DNA from: Eledone cirrhosa
Taxonomy: Eukaryota
Length of the DNA: 64,000 nt
NCBI GenBank assembly: GCA_964016885.1
Contig: OZ024740.1
Location: forward strand, 254,510,001 to 254,574,000
Reading direction: 5' to 3'
Both the position numbers and the translations under genes were made by a program. Shown piece after piece: positions 50,843 to 64,000 of the stretch; the stretch's first letter is position 1, and every line of letters begins with the position of its first letter. Below the pieces are notes generated by a model that did not search any database, was not told where the DNA came from, and saw only the letters and a list, made by a program, of their open reading frames with translations.

Positions 50843-53800
50843 CTAGATGAGGTACCCGGCTTCGCCCGGGTGAACAGTTGATAAGACAGGTAGAATAGAA
50901 AACGACTGTACTGGATGCGTTGTCTGGTTTACAGTATTAGGCGAGAACGTGGTGTGTATGTGACAAAAAGTAAAAGAACTTCCAGATACACCAGATTCTT
51001 TGTTTTACCGTTCGTGCATAGTATATGAAAATTTCTAGGTGTTTCCACTCATGAACGACCTACATATAACTGTCCATGGATAAAAACTGATTCTCTCAGA
51101 TTCAATCCTACAACTTTGAGACTCTGACCCTGAGCTTTATTATAGCAAAACTGGCTCTAACAGGGAACTGAAGTCTTGAGAATTTGAATGGCAGCTCGTT
51201 AGAGGAAGGGATAAGTGGAATCTTTGGAATAAATGCATTTTCGCTTAGATGATTGCCTCCAAGAATAGTGACCTCTAGGAGATGTTTTATCATCCGCCTC
51301 ACTGTTAAGCGCGTGCCATTGCATAAACGTGGTGGGTCCAGGTTTCTCAAAGGGATGGTGGGAGTTCCAATCTTTAGCGTTAATTTGTGTGGAGGAAGTA
51401 CAGGAAGTTCCAGACTATTAAGGAATTCTGCAGGATTATTAACAGCTTCGTCATCCTTTTCAATCTTGTCAATGGAGACATTTGTATGAACCTCCCCTGG
51501 GAGCGTATCCAGTAGGCATTGGTTATCTGATTTACCATATTATATTTTGGCGCTAAAATTCCTCGCTCAAACAACCATGATTGATTGATATAATTTGAGG
51601 CAACATTTGGAAATACTTGATCAATTAGTTCATTTGTTGCATTACAGACATTTCCAAATGGAAGATTGACTTCTCCATTTTTACCTTGTTGCAGATTTCC
51701 ATCACCCAGTGTAATTAGCTGTTTTGCAAAAGTATCAATTTCTGCATCATTGTAGAACTGCACTCTCATATTTGTCCTCATGGGTAATCGATGGATTTGT
51801 TGAGACTTTGAGGAAAGCGTTTACAATATCAGCTCTCGTGCTTTTAGGAACGACGAGGAGAATCTGTCTGAAATCACCAGCAAGAACAATCGTTACTCCA
51901 TCCATGATTTCATTACATCCTCTAATGTCTCTTAAAGAATGGTCCAGAGCCTCAAATAACTTTCTATGTGCCATTGTGGTCTCATCTCATATGATCACGG
52001 AGCATTTCTCTAAAAGCTTTGCTTTTGGTGTGTTCTTTTTGATATTACACGAAGGAGACTCTTCTCTTGTGACATTCAATGGCAACTTGAACGTTGAGTG
52101 TGCTGCTTTGCCTCCTTCAAGTAAGGTAGCAGCAATACCACTTGATGCAACAGCCAAAGCAATTTGATTTCGCTGCCTTACTTTTGCCAATATGAGATTT
52201 ATTATAAAGGTTTTACCAGTTCCTCCTGGAGCATCTAAAAAGTAAAGACCTCCTTCATTCTGGTCGATACTGGTCAATCATTTATTACAAGCAATTCTTT
52301 GATCTCCAATCAACTTTTCTTCATTTTCATTGACATATTTTGTAAGCTTTTTCATGTCATAATTCATCTCCTTTAATATATCCTGTGCAATATGACAGGC
52401 AGCTGTGTCCTCAGGTTCTGGTAAACCACAATCCTTAAGGGAACAGTCAATTTCCCTCAGGTGGTTGTTAATTTCTGAAAGTGCTTCATTATAGATAGGG
52501 GGAGAAAAATCTACATCAATGCCAGTGTTTTGAAGTTTGGCTCTGTGCAATATATCTTCCGACAAGTCTTTCTTATAATTTTCCCAGAGACTCAAGGGAT
52601 CTGAAATATTGCACGTAGTGAGCATTACAGCGAAGAGCTGTGGAAGCTTTTTAGGCATTTGTGTGGCAGCCGCCTCTTCCAATGTCTTTTTACAATATTC
52701 CCTGTCTTCAAGTAGGCCAAGTAATTTCCATGCTTCAGCATACGTTGCACAGGGAGTTCCATGTACAATTTTGATATTTTTAAATGATGTTGGCCTTCTA
52801 ACAGTGTGAAGGAGTAACCTCAAATGGAAACATTCCCTATGTCTAAGATGGACTGTGTAAACTCTTCCAATTGCACCACTTGCTTTGATGTTTTGATAGC
52901 CATGCACATGGTTGCCTATCTTTTGTCTGCCCCATTTCTTTTTATTCCATGGGTAGAATATGGGAACCTCATGATAAAGCAAGATTTTAGCAAAGGCATC
53001 TTCTCCACAAAGCTTTAAAAAAGCAGTGAGCGTTGTGTCTGGAGGAGTCTCGGCCATCAAGTGTGCATTTTCTTCAGTGTATATGCCCTCTGACCATTTT
53101 CCAAGCGAACTACAAGGTACACTACCGCTGGGTGTCTATTGTGTATGTCAAAACCCAAAATTCTCCATATGGCTAGAAATATATCTCCCTGTTAGGTATG
53201 TTTCAACTTCATTCAATTAGTTATTGCCACCAATAGTAAAAGTTGCCAAACCACTTCTTTGTTGACATATTTACAAACACTTAATTGATTTTACTGATGC
53301 GCTGTACTCACAATTGATGTGAGCACCAAGGATTTTGCAGAGGAGGGGATTGTAGGGAACGACCCAATTGTTACCAGCCTGAAAGTCTTGACTTCGTATT
53401 AACAATCGCAGTTTTTCTACCACAGTGAGGGCTTCTCCATCTGTATTGAGGATATCTGTCATCACCACTTACGGTTTCTTGTTGAAAAGGCCTTGGGTAT
53501 CTTTTTCACATTTGCAACTTCCAATGCACACACACTTAGGGTTCATACTGCCACATGGACCATGTATAATTTGTTTTGAGATAATGGCAAATAGTTTTGG
53601 GTCTTCGTTAGGATCGGGAAATTTGGCGCTCATGATTTTATTAATTTGATCTGAGTGAATGTGGTCTGAACACCAAATTAGCATATGAGAATGAGGAAGA
53701 CTTCTTTTCTGCCATTCAAAAGTGTAAAGCCAACATCTTAATTCGCCAAAGATTTTCCCATCTTTTAGCAGCCACATCAAGATCTGTTTTTCATTAAAAA

Positions 53801-55340
53801 CTTTGACAATGATGTCATGTCTGTGTTTTGCATATTAGTGTTCAAAGAGTTCAATAGGATTGCATGTAAATGTAATGAAAATATCTGGACAACCAAATTT
53901 TCTTACATATGCTATGCCATCTTGTGTGCGCTTAGCCATATAATGTGGACTGCCTGTGAAACTAGATGGCAGAATGACTGGCTGACCATCATTGGAGGAA
54001 TTCATTCCATCAGTTACAATGGCGTCTCTCAAATGGATGTATTGCTCTGCTCTAAGTTTTGCTTGATTGTTTTTAATGAATGCCAACCGTTCAGCTTCAA
54101 TCTTGGCATACACATCAACCATTATTGACTTGTAAGTCTTCCCATTCTTGGGATATTGTTAAAGCAATCGCTTTAGTGAAATGAATAAAAATGTTTGCAA
54201 CTAACCGATTTATTAGTTTCCTCTCCTGTACTGGGGTTTACTTGTCTTAAGGTGAAATTGTATCCATCCTGACCTCTCCAAAAAATCAAAGGATACCGAA
54301 GACCGTCGTATGCTCTGTGTGTCTGCAATTCTTCGTAATTGACCAGATGTCTCTGGATTTATGTTGTTCATTGACCATCAGTACAGCCACTTCCAGCGGT
54401 TTATTGTAATGTCTTTTGTGTTCTGTTACTGTTTTTTTTATCAGGTCTAATAGTAATTTTTTACATGGAGTTTGCCTTTTTTTTTTCTAAGGCAAATTTG
54501 AATACTCTTATTTAATTATGGTTTTTATGAAACATATCTACAGCCTGCTAATAACTTGAAGACCACCGGAAATATTTCTGCATCGTTGAGGAACTTCTTG
54601 GTTGTAGCCCAAAAAGTAAACTTGAATGAATTTTGGTTCCTCATTAGGCTGAGGGAATAAACTGCCGATTAAATGATAGCATTGTACTTGGATTTTAAAT
54701 GTTGTGAAATAACCATAGTCAGTATGATCTTTTTCAGCTCCAAATGACGTCATCTGAAATGCAGCAATATACCGAATAACATTGCTCCTGGAGTGTTTAG
54801 CTTTGTTAGTATGGTCTGAAAACGTAGCTCTTAGCCAGTTTATTCTGCCTTGAAGATCCTTTCTGCTCGTCTCGTTTGCACCGCAACCATCATTGCCTCT
54901 CGGGGATTTTCATATTCAGCCTCCGTTTATTGGGATTGTCTTTCTTCTTGCCTTAATCTTTCTGTTTCCCGTCTCAGGTTCTGTTCACTTTCAGAAAGTT
55001 GTGATCGTCTTTCTTGATGTCTTTCTGTTTCCCGTCTCTGAGTTTCTCTTCGCTTGAAGATTTCACACGTTTGGCTGACATTGTAACTACACCGATAGAT
55101 ATTTTTGTGACATGATGAAATTCTTGGAAAATATCATTAAAAAAAAACACTACAAAGCAATATAAAAAAAAAGAAATAAATGCAAATCGCAGCCCTAGAG
55201 AATAGGTTGACACTGTCATCTGAATTAGGTCAATAATAACATGTGACATTATCCTCACAAAGCTAAATTAATATACACCGTAGATTAATTTCAAATAGTA
55301 TCAATTTTTTCTGTGTTTTGTAAAATAGATTTGTGTTGTA
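50843..55340 (-). mobile_element. Decayed autonomous-type Helitron (Rep plus PIF1 helicase); 5' end approximate
   Basis: 3' hairpin CCCGG-GCGAAG-CCGGG plus CTAG-T; FITFTCNP, EWQKRSLPHSH, VVPYNP, LDAPGGTGKT, GDFRQ, LCNGTRL, RLQFPV. Confidence 0.92.
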
Positions 55341-55426
55341 GTTAGTATCACTTAACTTTGAATGGCTGGTGTAAAAGGACAAACTTACTGATACTTTGAT
55401 CTATAAATAAGATAGATTTCTCTCGG

Positions 55427-55741
55427 ATGAAAGAATAGTATTTAACTAATGTATTGGTACGCGATAGGGCCCACCCACAGCCCCGGCGGACAGAATGGAG
55501 AAGGCGTTTCCCCGGAGGACGGCAAGGGAGACGCGCTGGAAAAGCCACTCTAACTCGCGGGGCTCACACCTGTCGCTGGCCAGCTCAGCGCCTATGGTGG
55601 TGAGTAGGGAGGTAGCTCTGGGGCCGAGGACACCAGAAGTCTCCACTGCCAGGGGTACGACCGCAAACCTGTCCGAGAGCGACCGGTATTTGAGGAGTTT
55701 GGCCCCCTCAGCTCGACGTGCAGCAGAACCTGGGTCAGTCG
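55427..55741 (-). mobile_element. CRE-like element 3' fragment (same family as 14396-15641)
   Basis: Near-identical to 15280-15593 in reverse complement. Confidence 0.9.
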
Positions 55742-58700
55742 AGAAGGCCCATTCACTCGGGCCATTTTCGCCACATTCACCCACCTTTCAGCGAATTTAC
55801 TGGGGTGTAGCACCTCTCTCTACTCTCACCTTAACCTCCACTCTTAACCTTCTGAAGTGGTACTTAAAGAAGGGGATAAGTTGTTGTCTGGAGAGAAAGG
55901 TGTTTGCCCTCAGTCCTTTTAACCTCGTCCACCATATTACTTCTTTCGCCATAGCCACCAGACAGAGGAAAACCGCCTCTCCTTCATTCTTAAATTAAGG
56001 CGGCGGGGTGATCCTCACGATGGACTCGGCTGACAACTGGATGCGTCCCACATGTGACAGTAACTGTTCGACATAATTCCACAGGTCGGTCACCCCTGGG
56101 CACTGAACAATTGCGTGTAGAACGGTTTCGATGTCCTGCTCACATCTCTGCCAGAGCGTCCGTGCCTGTAGATTTTGTCTCGAACTGGTAGAGCTCCTCG
56201 GTAGCACTGCCAGGCCAGAGACCTCTGGAGGTTATCCATAGGCCCTGGACGGAAAGACCTCCCGAACAGACTGGTCAGTTCGTCCTCCTCGGTGCCTAGA
56301 ATGTCCTCCTCGATCCCTGTCGAAGTGGAGTCTCCACTGATTGCCGTTTTCGCTTGGTAGAGGGCTGTGAGCGCCTGAAGGCACTCAAAGTGCCAGGCAC
56401 CCATTTTCGGTCTTCGCTTGACCCAGGACTGCAGCTCTGTTAGTGGGACGAGTTGTGGAAGAGCTTGTCTCACAAACGACAGCCACACCGGTTCACCGGT
56501 CAGGAATACCTGGAGATGGCGTAGCCTCAGCGCGTGTTTGCGCATCATCAGCCACGGCATGCCCAGCCCTCCGTTAGAAAGGTGTTGACAACAGATGGAT
56601 CTCCTCACCAACGGAGCCTGTTTCTTCCAGAGGAACTTGAAGAGTAGGCGTTCCATTTTGGTGAGGTATTCGCGGGGACAAGGCACGGCTGTCAAGCGGT
56701 AGTAGATGACGGACGCTATGTAAGTGTTCGCCACCCCCGTTCGACCTTTTAAGGAGAGTTTGCACCATTCAAGTTCTTGTCCACCTGGAGGTCTGGACAA
56801 AACGAGACCCCGAGCAATTTCACCGGTCCTTCCGTCCAGCGTCCAACGACACTGTCGGAAGGCATGGGTTTGCCTCTCCATGTACCGAGTTGCAAACCGA
56901 CAGACTTGTTTGGGTTTAGTCTTGCTCCTGTCAACGTTTCGTATTCCTGTAATAGGTTGCCGATTACCCCGATTTCCGAGGTTTTCAACACCATTACGGT
57001 TATGTCGTCGGCATAGGCCGATGCTACTTTCCGCAGTCTTGGTTCGATCGGAATGGTTCGAGAGTCAGTACATACAGAATGGAAGAGAGAGGGCATTCCT
57101 GACGGATGGAGCACATGATTTGGAATGGCTCCGATAGGTAGCCATTCACCTTGACTGCCGAGCAGATGTTAGTGTGCATGACAGCGATCCAGCCTCTGAA
57201 GATAGGACCGAAGTCAGCCACCTTGAGAACCGCTTCCAAGTATTGATGGTCGACCCTATCAAATGCCTTAGACTGATCTAAATTGATCAGAGCCCCACCG
57301 AAGCCAGGTTTACACCCCACCCTCTCTATGATGTATCGCATCAGGTGGAGGTTGTCGTGTATGGATCTGGTCGGGATTGCACACGTTTGCGCTTCCCCTA
57401 CCAGGTTCTCGGCGACAAGCGCCAGCCTCGCTGCTAACACCTTGGCCAAAATCTTTAATTCTGTGTTGAGCAGAGTTATGGGCCTGAAATTGCTTATCTC
57501 ATCCTCCTTGTTCTCATCTTTCCTGATCAGCGTTACTACGCCTCTGCCTACAGAACTGGGAATCCTCCCGTTCTGCTGCCAGTTGCAGTAGACGGCTTCG
57601 AGGACGTCAGAGAACAAGTCTGGCATGCCTATGTAAAACTCATAGGCATGCCAGGTGATTTGCGTTTCCCGCAGCGGCCTAGGGCATCTTCTATTTCGCC
57701 CGCTGTGATCGGCCTTTCGCAGCTCTCTGCATCCGTGCTCAAGAGTCGTGGTACGCCGTCGAGGTAGGAGCTGAAGTCCATCACCTCCCTCGACGTACTG
57801 CTTTGCCCGAACAGTTGTGAAACATGCTGCTGGAACGCCGTGCATATCTGCTTGGATTCAAATAGAGTGCGTTCATCTTTGACTTGCAAAGACCGAATTG
57901 TGGATTTGTTGCCACTTTTCGCCTCTGCAACTTGGGTCCAGCTAACAGCTTTGGCTCCCTCGTTTCTTAGAGCACGTTTTCTACTTCTGACAATACAACC
58001 TTTGTGCTTCACGTTGAAGAACTGGTCTAGTGCCGTTCTCGCCGCTAGCACGTCAGCTGTACTGCCATTCCTAAGTGCCTCTTCTACTTTAGCTACCAGT
58101 TCCTTTTCGGTTTTGTTTTTTTCTAAAGCTACTTCCTTGCTAAATGCTATCGATTCTATTCTTATTGCTCTCTTGGGGAGGGAGGGAATCCTTTTAGCAG
58201 GACACGGTTAAGAGGATTTTGGCAAGGGTGGGGGTGGGGGTGGGGGGTCCACATCATGTGGGAAGTTCCTTTTTAAAGTTTCGTACTGTAGGGTTGTTAC
58301 CCTGATAAGTTTGAGGTTTGGGGGTGAGTCGTTGGTGGGGAAGGTTTTCCCTTCCGTTTGTATTGTGGAGTCCTTTCGGACAGTTTCCACCAATTCTTTG
58401 TTTCTTGTTTTTATGTATGTGTAATGTGTTTTGTTTTTTATGTGTACTGTTTCTGTTTGTAGTTTTCTTTTTGTGGTTGAGGTTTGTGATTGTGGTGGTG
58501 TGGGTGTTTGTTTTGTTGGTGAAGTGTCTGGTTGCGTTGTTGGTGTGGTTGTCGTTTGTGGCGGTATGTTTATGTCAGTGTTGGGGGTGTGCGTGTTTTC
58601 AGTTGATGTTTTTGTTGTATTTTTTCTGTCTTTTTTGCTTCTTGGATTTTTGGGGTTCCTCTTCATCCTCACTTGGAGATGTTGAGGTTCCCGTGTCTGA

Positions 58701-59190
58701 GGTGTTATCATTGTGGGTAGGTGGGAGGGGTATGTTGTGTGGTGGTGGAGTGTTTGTGTGTGTTTTTTTGGGAGTGTTGAACAGAGGGGGAGGGGTGGGA
58801 CAGAGTCTTTCAGGGGAATTTTTGGTGTGGTGTCTTTTGTGGTTTGTGATATTTGGGTGAATGTTGATGGTTTGGGGTTGTGTTTTTTGTTTTCGGTTGT
58901 GTCTGTTGTAGTTTTGGGGCTGGCAACAATGCCTTCTTTTGTTTTTCCACATCCAGCATTGGGTAAAATGCTTTTAAATGTGTGTATTTTACACATTTGA
59001 AACATTGTGGTCTTTTGCCCTCCACTGCGATGTGGACAACATGGTTATCATCCAGCGGCACCCTTTCCGGTATTTTTCCAATCCTCTCCAGTTTCATTTG
59101 AACTAAAAGCTCAATTGAGGTCCCGCTCCAGTTCTGTCGGATTGATTTTTTTTACAGAGAGGAGGTTGTCTTCACCCTCCTCCAAAAAAA
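55742..59190 (-). mobile_element. Decayed L1/Tx1-type LINE (ORF1 part, APE deleted, RT and zf region)
   Basis: CFKC..H knuckle, FRPITLLN, LDQSKAFDRVDH, AYADD, WQCYRGALPV. Confidence 0.9.
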
Positions 59191-59224
59191 CCACCCAGGA
59201 TCCACCAGGATCCACCCAGGAACC

Positions 59225-59503
59225 TTAACAGCGGTGAACTATATACAGAAGTGACAGACATAGCTGCATCCCAGATTGAAGACCACATCAACACCACCTG
59301 GAAGGATATCTGCTGACGTAGACAACTCCCCAACAAATATAAAAACAACCTCACCACCAGAAACAGCAGACTACCAACGTTCTATCCCTCATTAAAACCC
59401 ACAAAACCAGTGTTAATCTGCAGACTATACCAATTGTCTCGAGTATGGAAGGACCCCTTTATAAAATCTCCTGGTTCCTCTACCAGATCCTCAAGCCTAT
59501 GCG
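59225..59503 (+). pseudogene. Penelope-like RT N-terminal fragment
   Basis: RLPTFY / LIKTHK..IPIVSSMEGPLYKISWFLYQILKP, matching the PLE KxHK..RPIV motif region. Confidence 0.7.
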
Positions 59504-59544
59504 TGATACTTATAGATATAAATATATATATATATATACTCTAT

Positions 59545-59701
<157 letters not shown>

Positions 59702-60097
59702 TTGTCAAATGAAATTATATGGTTCTCTCAACTTTTAAACCAGAATGGTATTTATTTTCATATTTTTATTTCCTTCTTTCTTTCGCATAGTCGTTACAGC
59801 ACGCATCTATTAAAACTGAAGGGTCGTTGTGTTTTTTCTTTTGTACTTTTTCTATTTGTTTTTTTTTCTTCTTGTTGCCATCGGTGTAGGGTTATTCCAA
59901 TGTCAAAGATACACAAGGCTCAATGAATTTGTTCACTTGTCCTAAATATTAAGATATAGATCTATGTCTGTGTAATTCAATCTTTCAGTCAACTGAACTA
60001 CATACTTATTAAACTATGAAATAAATAGGTGAGTGAATTACAGTCACGTCTCCGCTTCATGTAATCTCTCTATATAAAATTCTTTGTCTCTCTATCA

Positions 60098-60139
<42 letters not shown>

Positions 60140-60497
60140 GTCAAATGAAATTATATGGTTTCTCTCAACTTTTAAACCAGAATGGTATTTTTGTCTATTT
60201 CTTTTCATAATTTTGTTTCCTTCTTTCTTTCGCATATTTTTATAAGTAAAGAACAATAGCTGGTTAATTAATAGGTGTGCGTGAATGTATGTCTGTGTGT
60301 GTCTGTCTTAGTATATGTGTGTGAGTGTATGTGAGAGTGTATGTGTGTGAGTGTATGTATGCGCGAGTGTATGTGTGATAATTTTTATTTTCATTTACAT
60401 TAAAACAACACAACGACATCACATTTTGTATATGAATGTGACTGTGAGTGTGTGTGTTTGCGCATTCGTTAGGTACGTTATTAAAAAAAACACATGC

Positions 60498-60601
<104 letters not shown>

Positions 60602-60779
60602 GTAGCGACTGACAAAAAATGAGGTGAAAGCTATGCGTGTGTCTGCGTGAATGTATGTATGTGAGTGTATATGAGAAAGTCGTTTTACAATCCTTGATTT
60701 TCAGAACAAAGAAAAATTGATCCTATCAGAAATTAATCTACCCTCCACCTTTTATCTATATACTACCTACAGACCGTAC

Positions 60780-60950
60780 TAACGAAGCTAAACACCTCAG
60801 AAACAATGTTATGCAGTATATTGCTGTGTTTCAGATGACGTCCTTTCGAGCTGAAAAAGATCATACTGACTATGGTTATTTCACAACATTTAAAATCGAA
60901 GGCCAATGCTACCATTTAATCGGCAGTTTACTACCTCAGCCTAATAAGGA
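60780..60950 (+). mobile_element. Short Helitron Rep fragment, same family as 50843-55340
   Basis: Reverse-complement match to ~54640-54800 (FQMTSF.AEKDHTDYGYFTTFKI). Confidence 0.85.
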
Positions 60951-61949
60951 AGTTTTATGATTGTTTTGTTTATGTTTCTCTCACACACACTCACAAACCC
61001 ATACATCAGAGTCTCACCTCTTACCAGACAACACATCCAATACAGTCGTTTTCTCTTTTATCCATCTTCTCTTAACTATTCTCCCTATCTTACCTAGTCC
61101 TGATCTAAATTTATCATGGCACAATATGTGAGACACAAGTTGGACCTTTGAATAAAAGGTTTAAATACACCAGACGGACATCCACGCAATTTCCTTCTAC
61201 ACAATTCCACTCAAATAGCTGGGGGTCGACCCGAGACTATAATAAAAACACTTGTGCAAGGAATCAAACCGGAGGCTCTGTGAAGGCGAAACGAACAACT
61301 TAAATCATCTGTTGTGCTGATGAAGATCTGTCAACCTGCTTAAAACGGACCTCACCCATCTAGGTATTCCGTCACCCACGTACAAAGCTATAGTCATAGG
61401 CTTCACCAAAATTAAACCCACCTCCACCCAGATTATAGCTATTCTCAGCATCATTATCTACCCCACTCGTACTCAGCTTCTCCTCTCCTATGTCCTAACA
61501 CGCTAACTATCCACATACCACACCTAAAGGCTTTACAGTCCCCGTATTAGCTGTTATCAGCACAGTACCTGCCAAACTACCAGAGGTCACCCCCCCCCCC
61601 CCTTACCCTGTCACAATATCTTCACATTTGGCACCCACCCATTACATATACTCCTCTGTCCATTTATTTTGTCGTGTTATTTCATCTCTAACAACACTTA
61701 CTAACTTCGCTTCACTTCAAGTGCACAGTGCAGATTTCCTTGTCTCAGTTTTCACAGCACTGATTTCATTCCTGCCATGCATCACTCAGCATCAAACCTA
61801 TCAAGTGCAAGTTGGAGGCCACCTTCTGTCAAGTTAATTAACACCATGTCGTCTGAAAATTCCAGCCGACTAATTTTACACCCGCCAGTCACGATACGAC
61901 TTCCAGCCTGGCTGCGCATGTCAATCCTATTCATGTTAATAATTGTTTC

Positions 61950-62127
61950 TACTTTTGGCACAAGGCCAGCAATTCACAGTATATTACTGGTACTTTATTT
62001 TATCGACCCCGTAAGGATGAAAGGCAAAGTTAACCTCGGCGGGATTTGAACTCAGAATGGCAAGGGCCGTAACTCAATGCGTCAAAGCATGGCGTCCGAC
62101 CATTTACCGACACTGCCAATCCACCGC
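61950..62127 (-). mobile_element. tRNA-derived SINE (OK-like)
   Basis: Minus strand GCGGTGGATTGGCAG..TTCTGAGTTCAAATCCCGCCGAGG..GGGGTCGATAAAATAAAGTACCAG. Confidence 0.8.
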
Positions 62128-62132
62128 ATGTT

Positions 62133-64000
62133 AATAATGCTTTCTTTATTAACCACAAGGGTTTACACAAAGTAGACCTTAAGGACAGTACAGGACAATA
62201 CAGGACGGTACAGGACAATACAGGACAATACAGGACGGTACAAATGGGCATTTCTGCGTGTAAAAAAACAAAAACGGGATGTAACAAAAAAAGAAACAAT
62301 GAAAAATTCCTCAATAGGGGGGAGACTTCCGAGGGACATTCGTGGAGAAAGCCCATTAAAAAAACCACGGTGACCCTGACCACCAGTGCCCTCTCCCAGT
62401 TTTCCACCTTCAATTTACAGGCACATACTCAGAGTAGGCCCATTCACAAGGGCCATTCTTGCCTCTCTCACCCATCTTTCAACAAAATGCTGGGATGAGA
62501 GCACTTCCCTCTCTACCCTGATTTTCCTTTTCAAATGAAATTTGAAAAAGATAATCAGGGCATCACCGAAGAGGTAAGTGCTCGTCTTCAGCCCTTTCAA
62601 ACGCGTCCACCATACTATCTCTTTCTCCATGGCCACTAGACAGATAAAAACTGCCTGCCCTTCCCGGCTAAAGGAAGAGGGCGGGGAAAGCCTCACGATG
62701 GACTCAGCTGATAGCCGGATCCGTCCTACACGCGACAGCAGTTGTTCGACATAAACCCACAAGTCAGCAATGTTCGGACACTGGACGAGTGCATGCAGGA
62801 CGGTTTCGTCGCCCTGCGCGCATCTCGGACATACCTGGCTGACGGTACCTCCATGCCTGTTGAGTTTATTCCAACTGGCAAAGCTCCTCGGTAGCACTGC
62901 CAGGCCAGGGATTTCTGGAAGTTGTCCATAGGCCCCGGCCCGAAAGTTCTTCCGAAGGGATTGGTTAGTTGATTTTCGTCGACGCCTAGAGTTTCCCCAA
63001 GTACGTCGTCGCTCTTCCCCTCCACTAATCCTCTAGAGAACGCCAAGGTGGAGTTTCCACCGATCACATTTCCCGACTGGTCGAGGGCTGTGAGTGCCTG
63101 AAGACATTCCAGTCTCCAAGCGCTCCCTCTCGGTCTTCGCTTGACGCAGGACTGCAGCTCCGTCAAGGAGACGAGCTGGGGAAAGACGCGTCTAGCAAAC
63201 GGCGACCGCACCTGATCATCGTCGAGGAAGAGGTGGAGATGTCGTAACCTGAGCGCGTGTCTGCGCATCATCAGCCATGACATGCCCAGCCCTCCACGTA
63301 GAGGGTGTTGACAGCAGATGAACCGCCTGACCATTGGAGCGCGTCCCTTCCACAAAAAGCGAAAGAGCAAACGCTCCAGCGCAGTCAGGCGAGGTTTAGG
63401 ACAAGGCACGACGGTCAGGCAGTAGTAGATGACGGACGCGATGTACGCATTCGCCACCTCCGCTCGACTTTTCAGGGATAGCTTCCTCTCTGCCCATTTC
63501 TGAGTGAGAGAAGCCACCCTGCTCGTCACCTCGTCCCAGTTTTTGTCCGTCTGGAGGTCCAGACCGAACCAGACCCCTAGCAATTTAACCGGTCCGTCTG
63601 TCCAACGCCCGACGGCGCTGTTGGACGGCATGGACCTGCCTCTCCAGGTGCCGCGCTGCAGGCCCACCGACATTTCCTGGTTGATCATTGCTCCTGTCAC
63701 CGCTTCGTATTCTTTTAGTGTAGTGCCGATCGCCTCGATGTGTTTGGCGTTCGACACCACTACGGTGACATCGTCCGCATATGCTGACACGGATCTTCCG
63801 CATCCTAGTTCGCGCGGGACCCCCCTCAACGTCTCCAGTTTGTGCAGTAATGGCTCAAGAGTCAATACGTACAACAGAGACGAGAGGGGACATCCTTGGC
63901 GGACCGAGCGCATGATATTGAACGGTTCGGAAAGGTGACCGTTCACTCTCACCACAGAGCAGATGTCGCTGTGCATGGCAATGATCCAGCCTCTGAAGAC
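62133..64000 (-). mobile_element. L1/Tx1-type LINE 3' portion (RT C-terminus, CCHC, 3' UTR); continues beyond window
   Basis: VRQGCPLS, AYADD, CPRC..HALVQC, AATAAAGAAAGC-ATTATT end; 10-bp tandem repeat (CAGGACA/GR.TA) in the UTR at 62182-62242. Confidence 0.92.

Noticed and set aside
57620-57654. 14-bp perfect stem CTGGCATGCCTATG/CATAGGCATGCCAG
   Set aside because: Explained by a small deletion or quasi-palindrome correction in the KSPG(LDG)xPYEF codons; no sign of function.
62182-62242. 10-bp tandem repeats as a regulatory array
   Set aside because: Minisatellite within a Tx1 3' UTR; no spacers or associated genes.

Overview
Gene-poor, AT-rich eukaryotic window made almost entirely of nested transposable elements and microsatellites. 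The tRNA-derived SINEs resemble the octopus OK/OR families, suggesting an octopod genome (inference). No host gene can be supported; most ORF-track entries are TE fragments, antisense shadows or microsatellite read-throughs. Contents: one apparently intact R4/Dong-type restriction-like-endonuclease (RLE) retrotransposon (1130-aa ORF, 30892-34284) in a cluster of Dong copies separated by (TAA)n tracts; six decayed L1/Tx1-type LINE copies; RTE-type LINE fragments; two CRE-like fragments; Helitrons; two hAT transposase relics; SINEs; and many Penelope-like (PLE, partly Neptune-type) remnants. Main non-coding signals: (i) four well-formed and two or three degenerate type I hammerhead ribozyme motifs, three with a CCGANGA core and two with a much enlarged stem II; (ii) TE families associated with different microsatellites; (iii) template-switch or fold-back structures, including a twin-priming-type 5'-inverted LINE fragment, a perfect 41-bp-arm hairpin and TA-anchored palindromes. 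Element boundaries are approximate unless tied to a quoted motif; family names come from motif recognition, not database searches.
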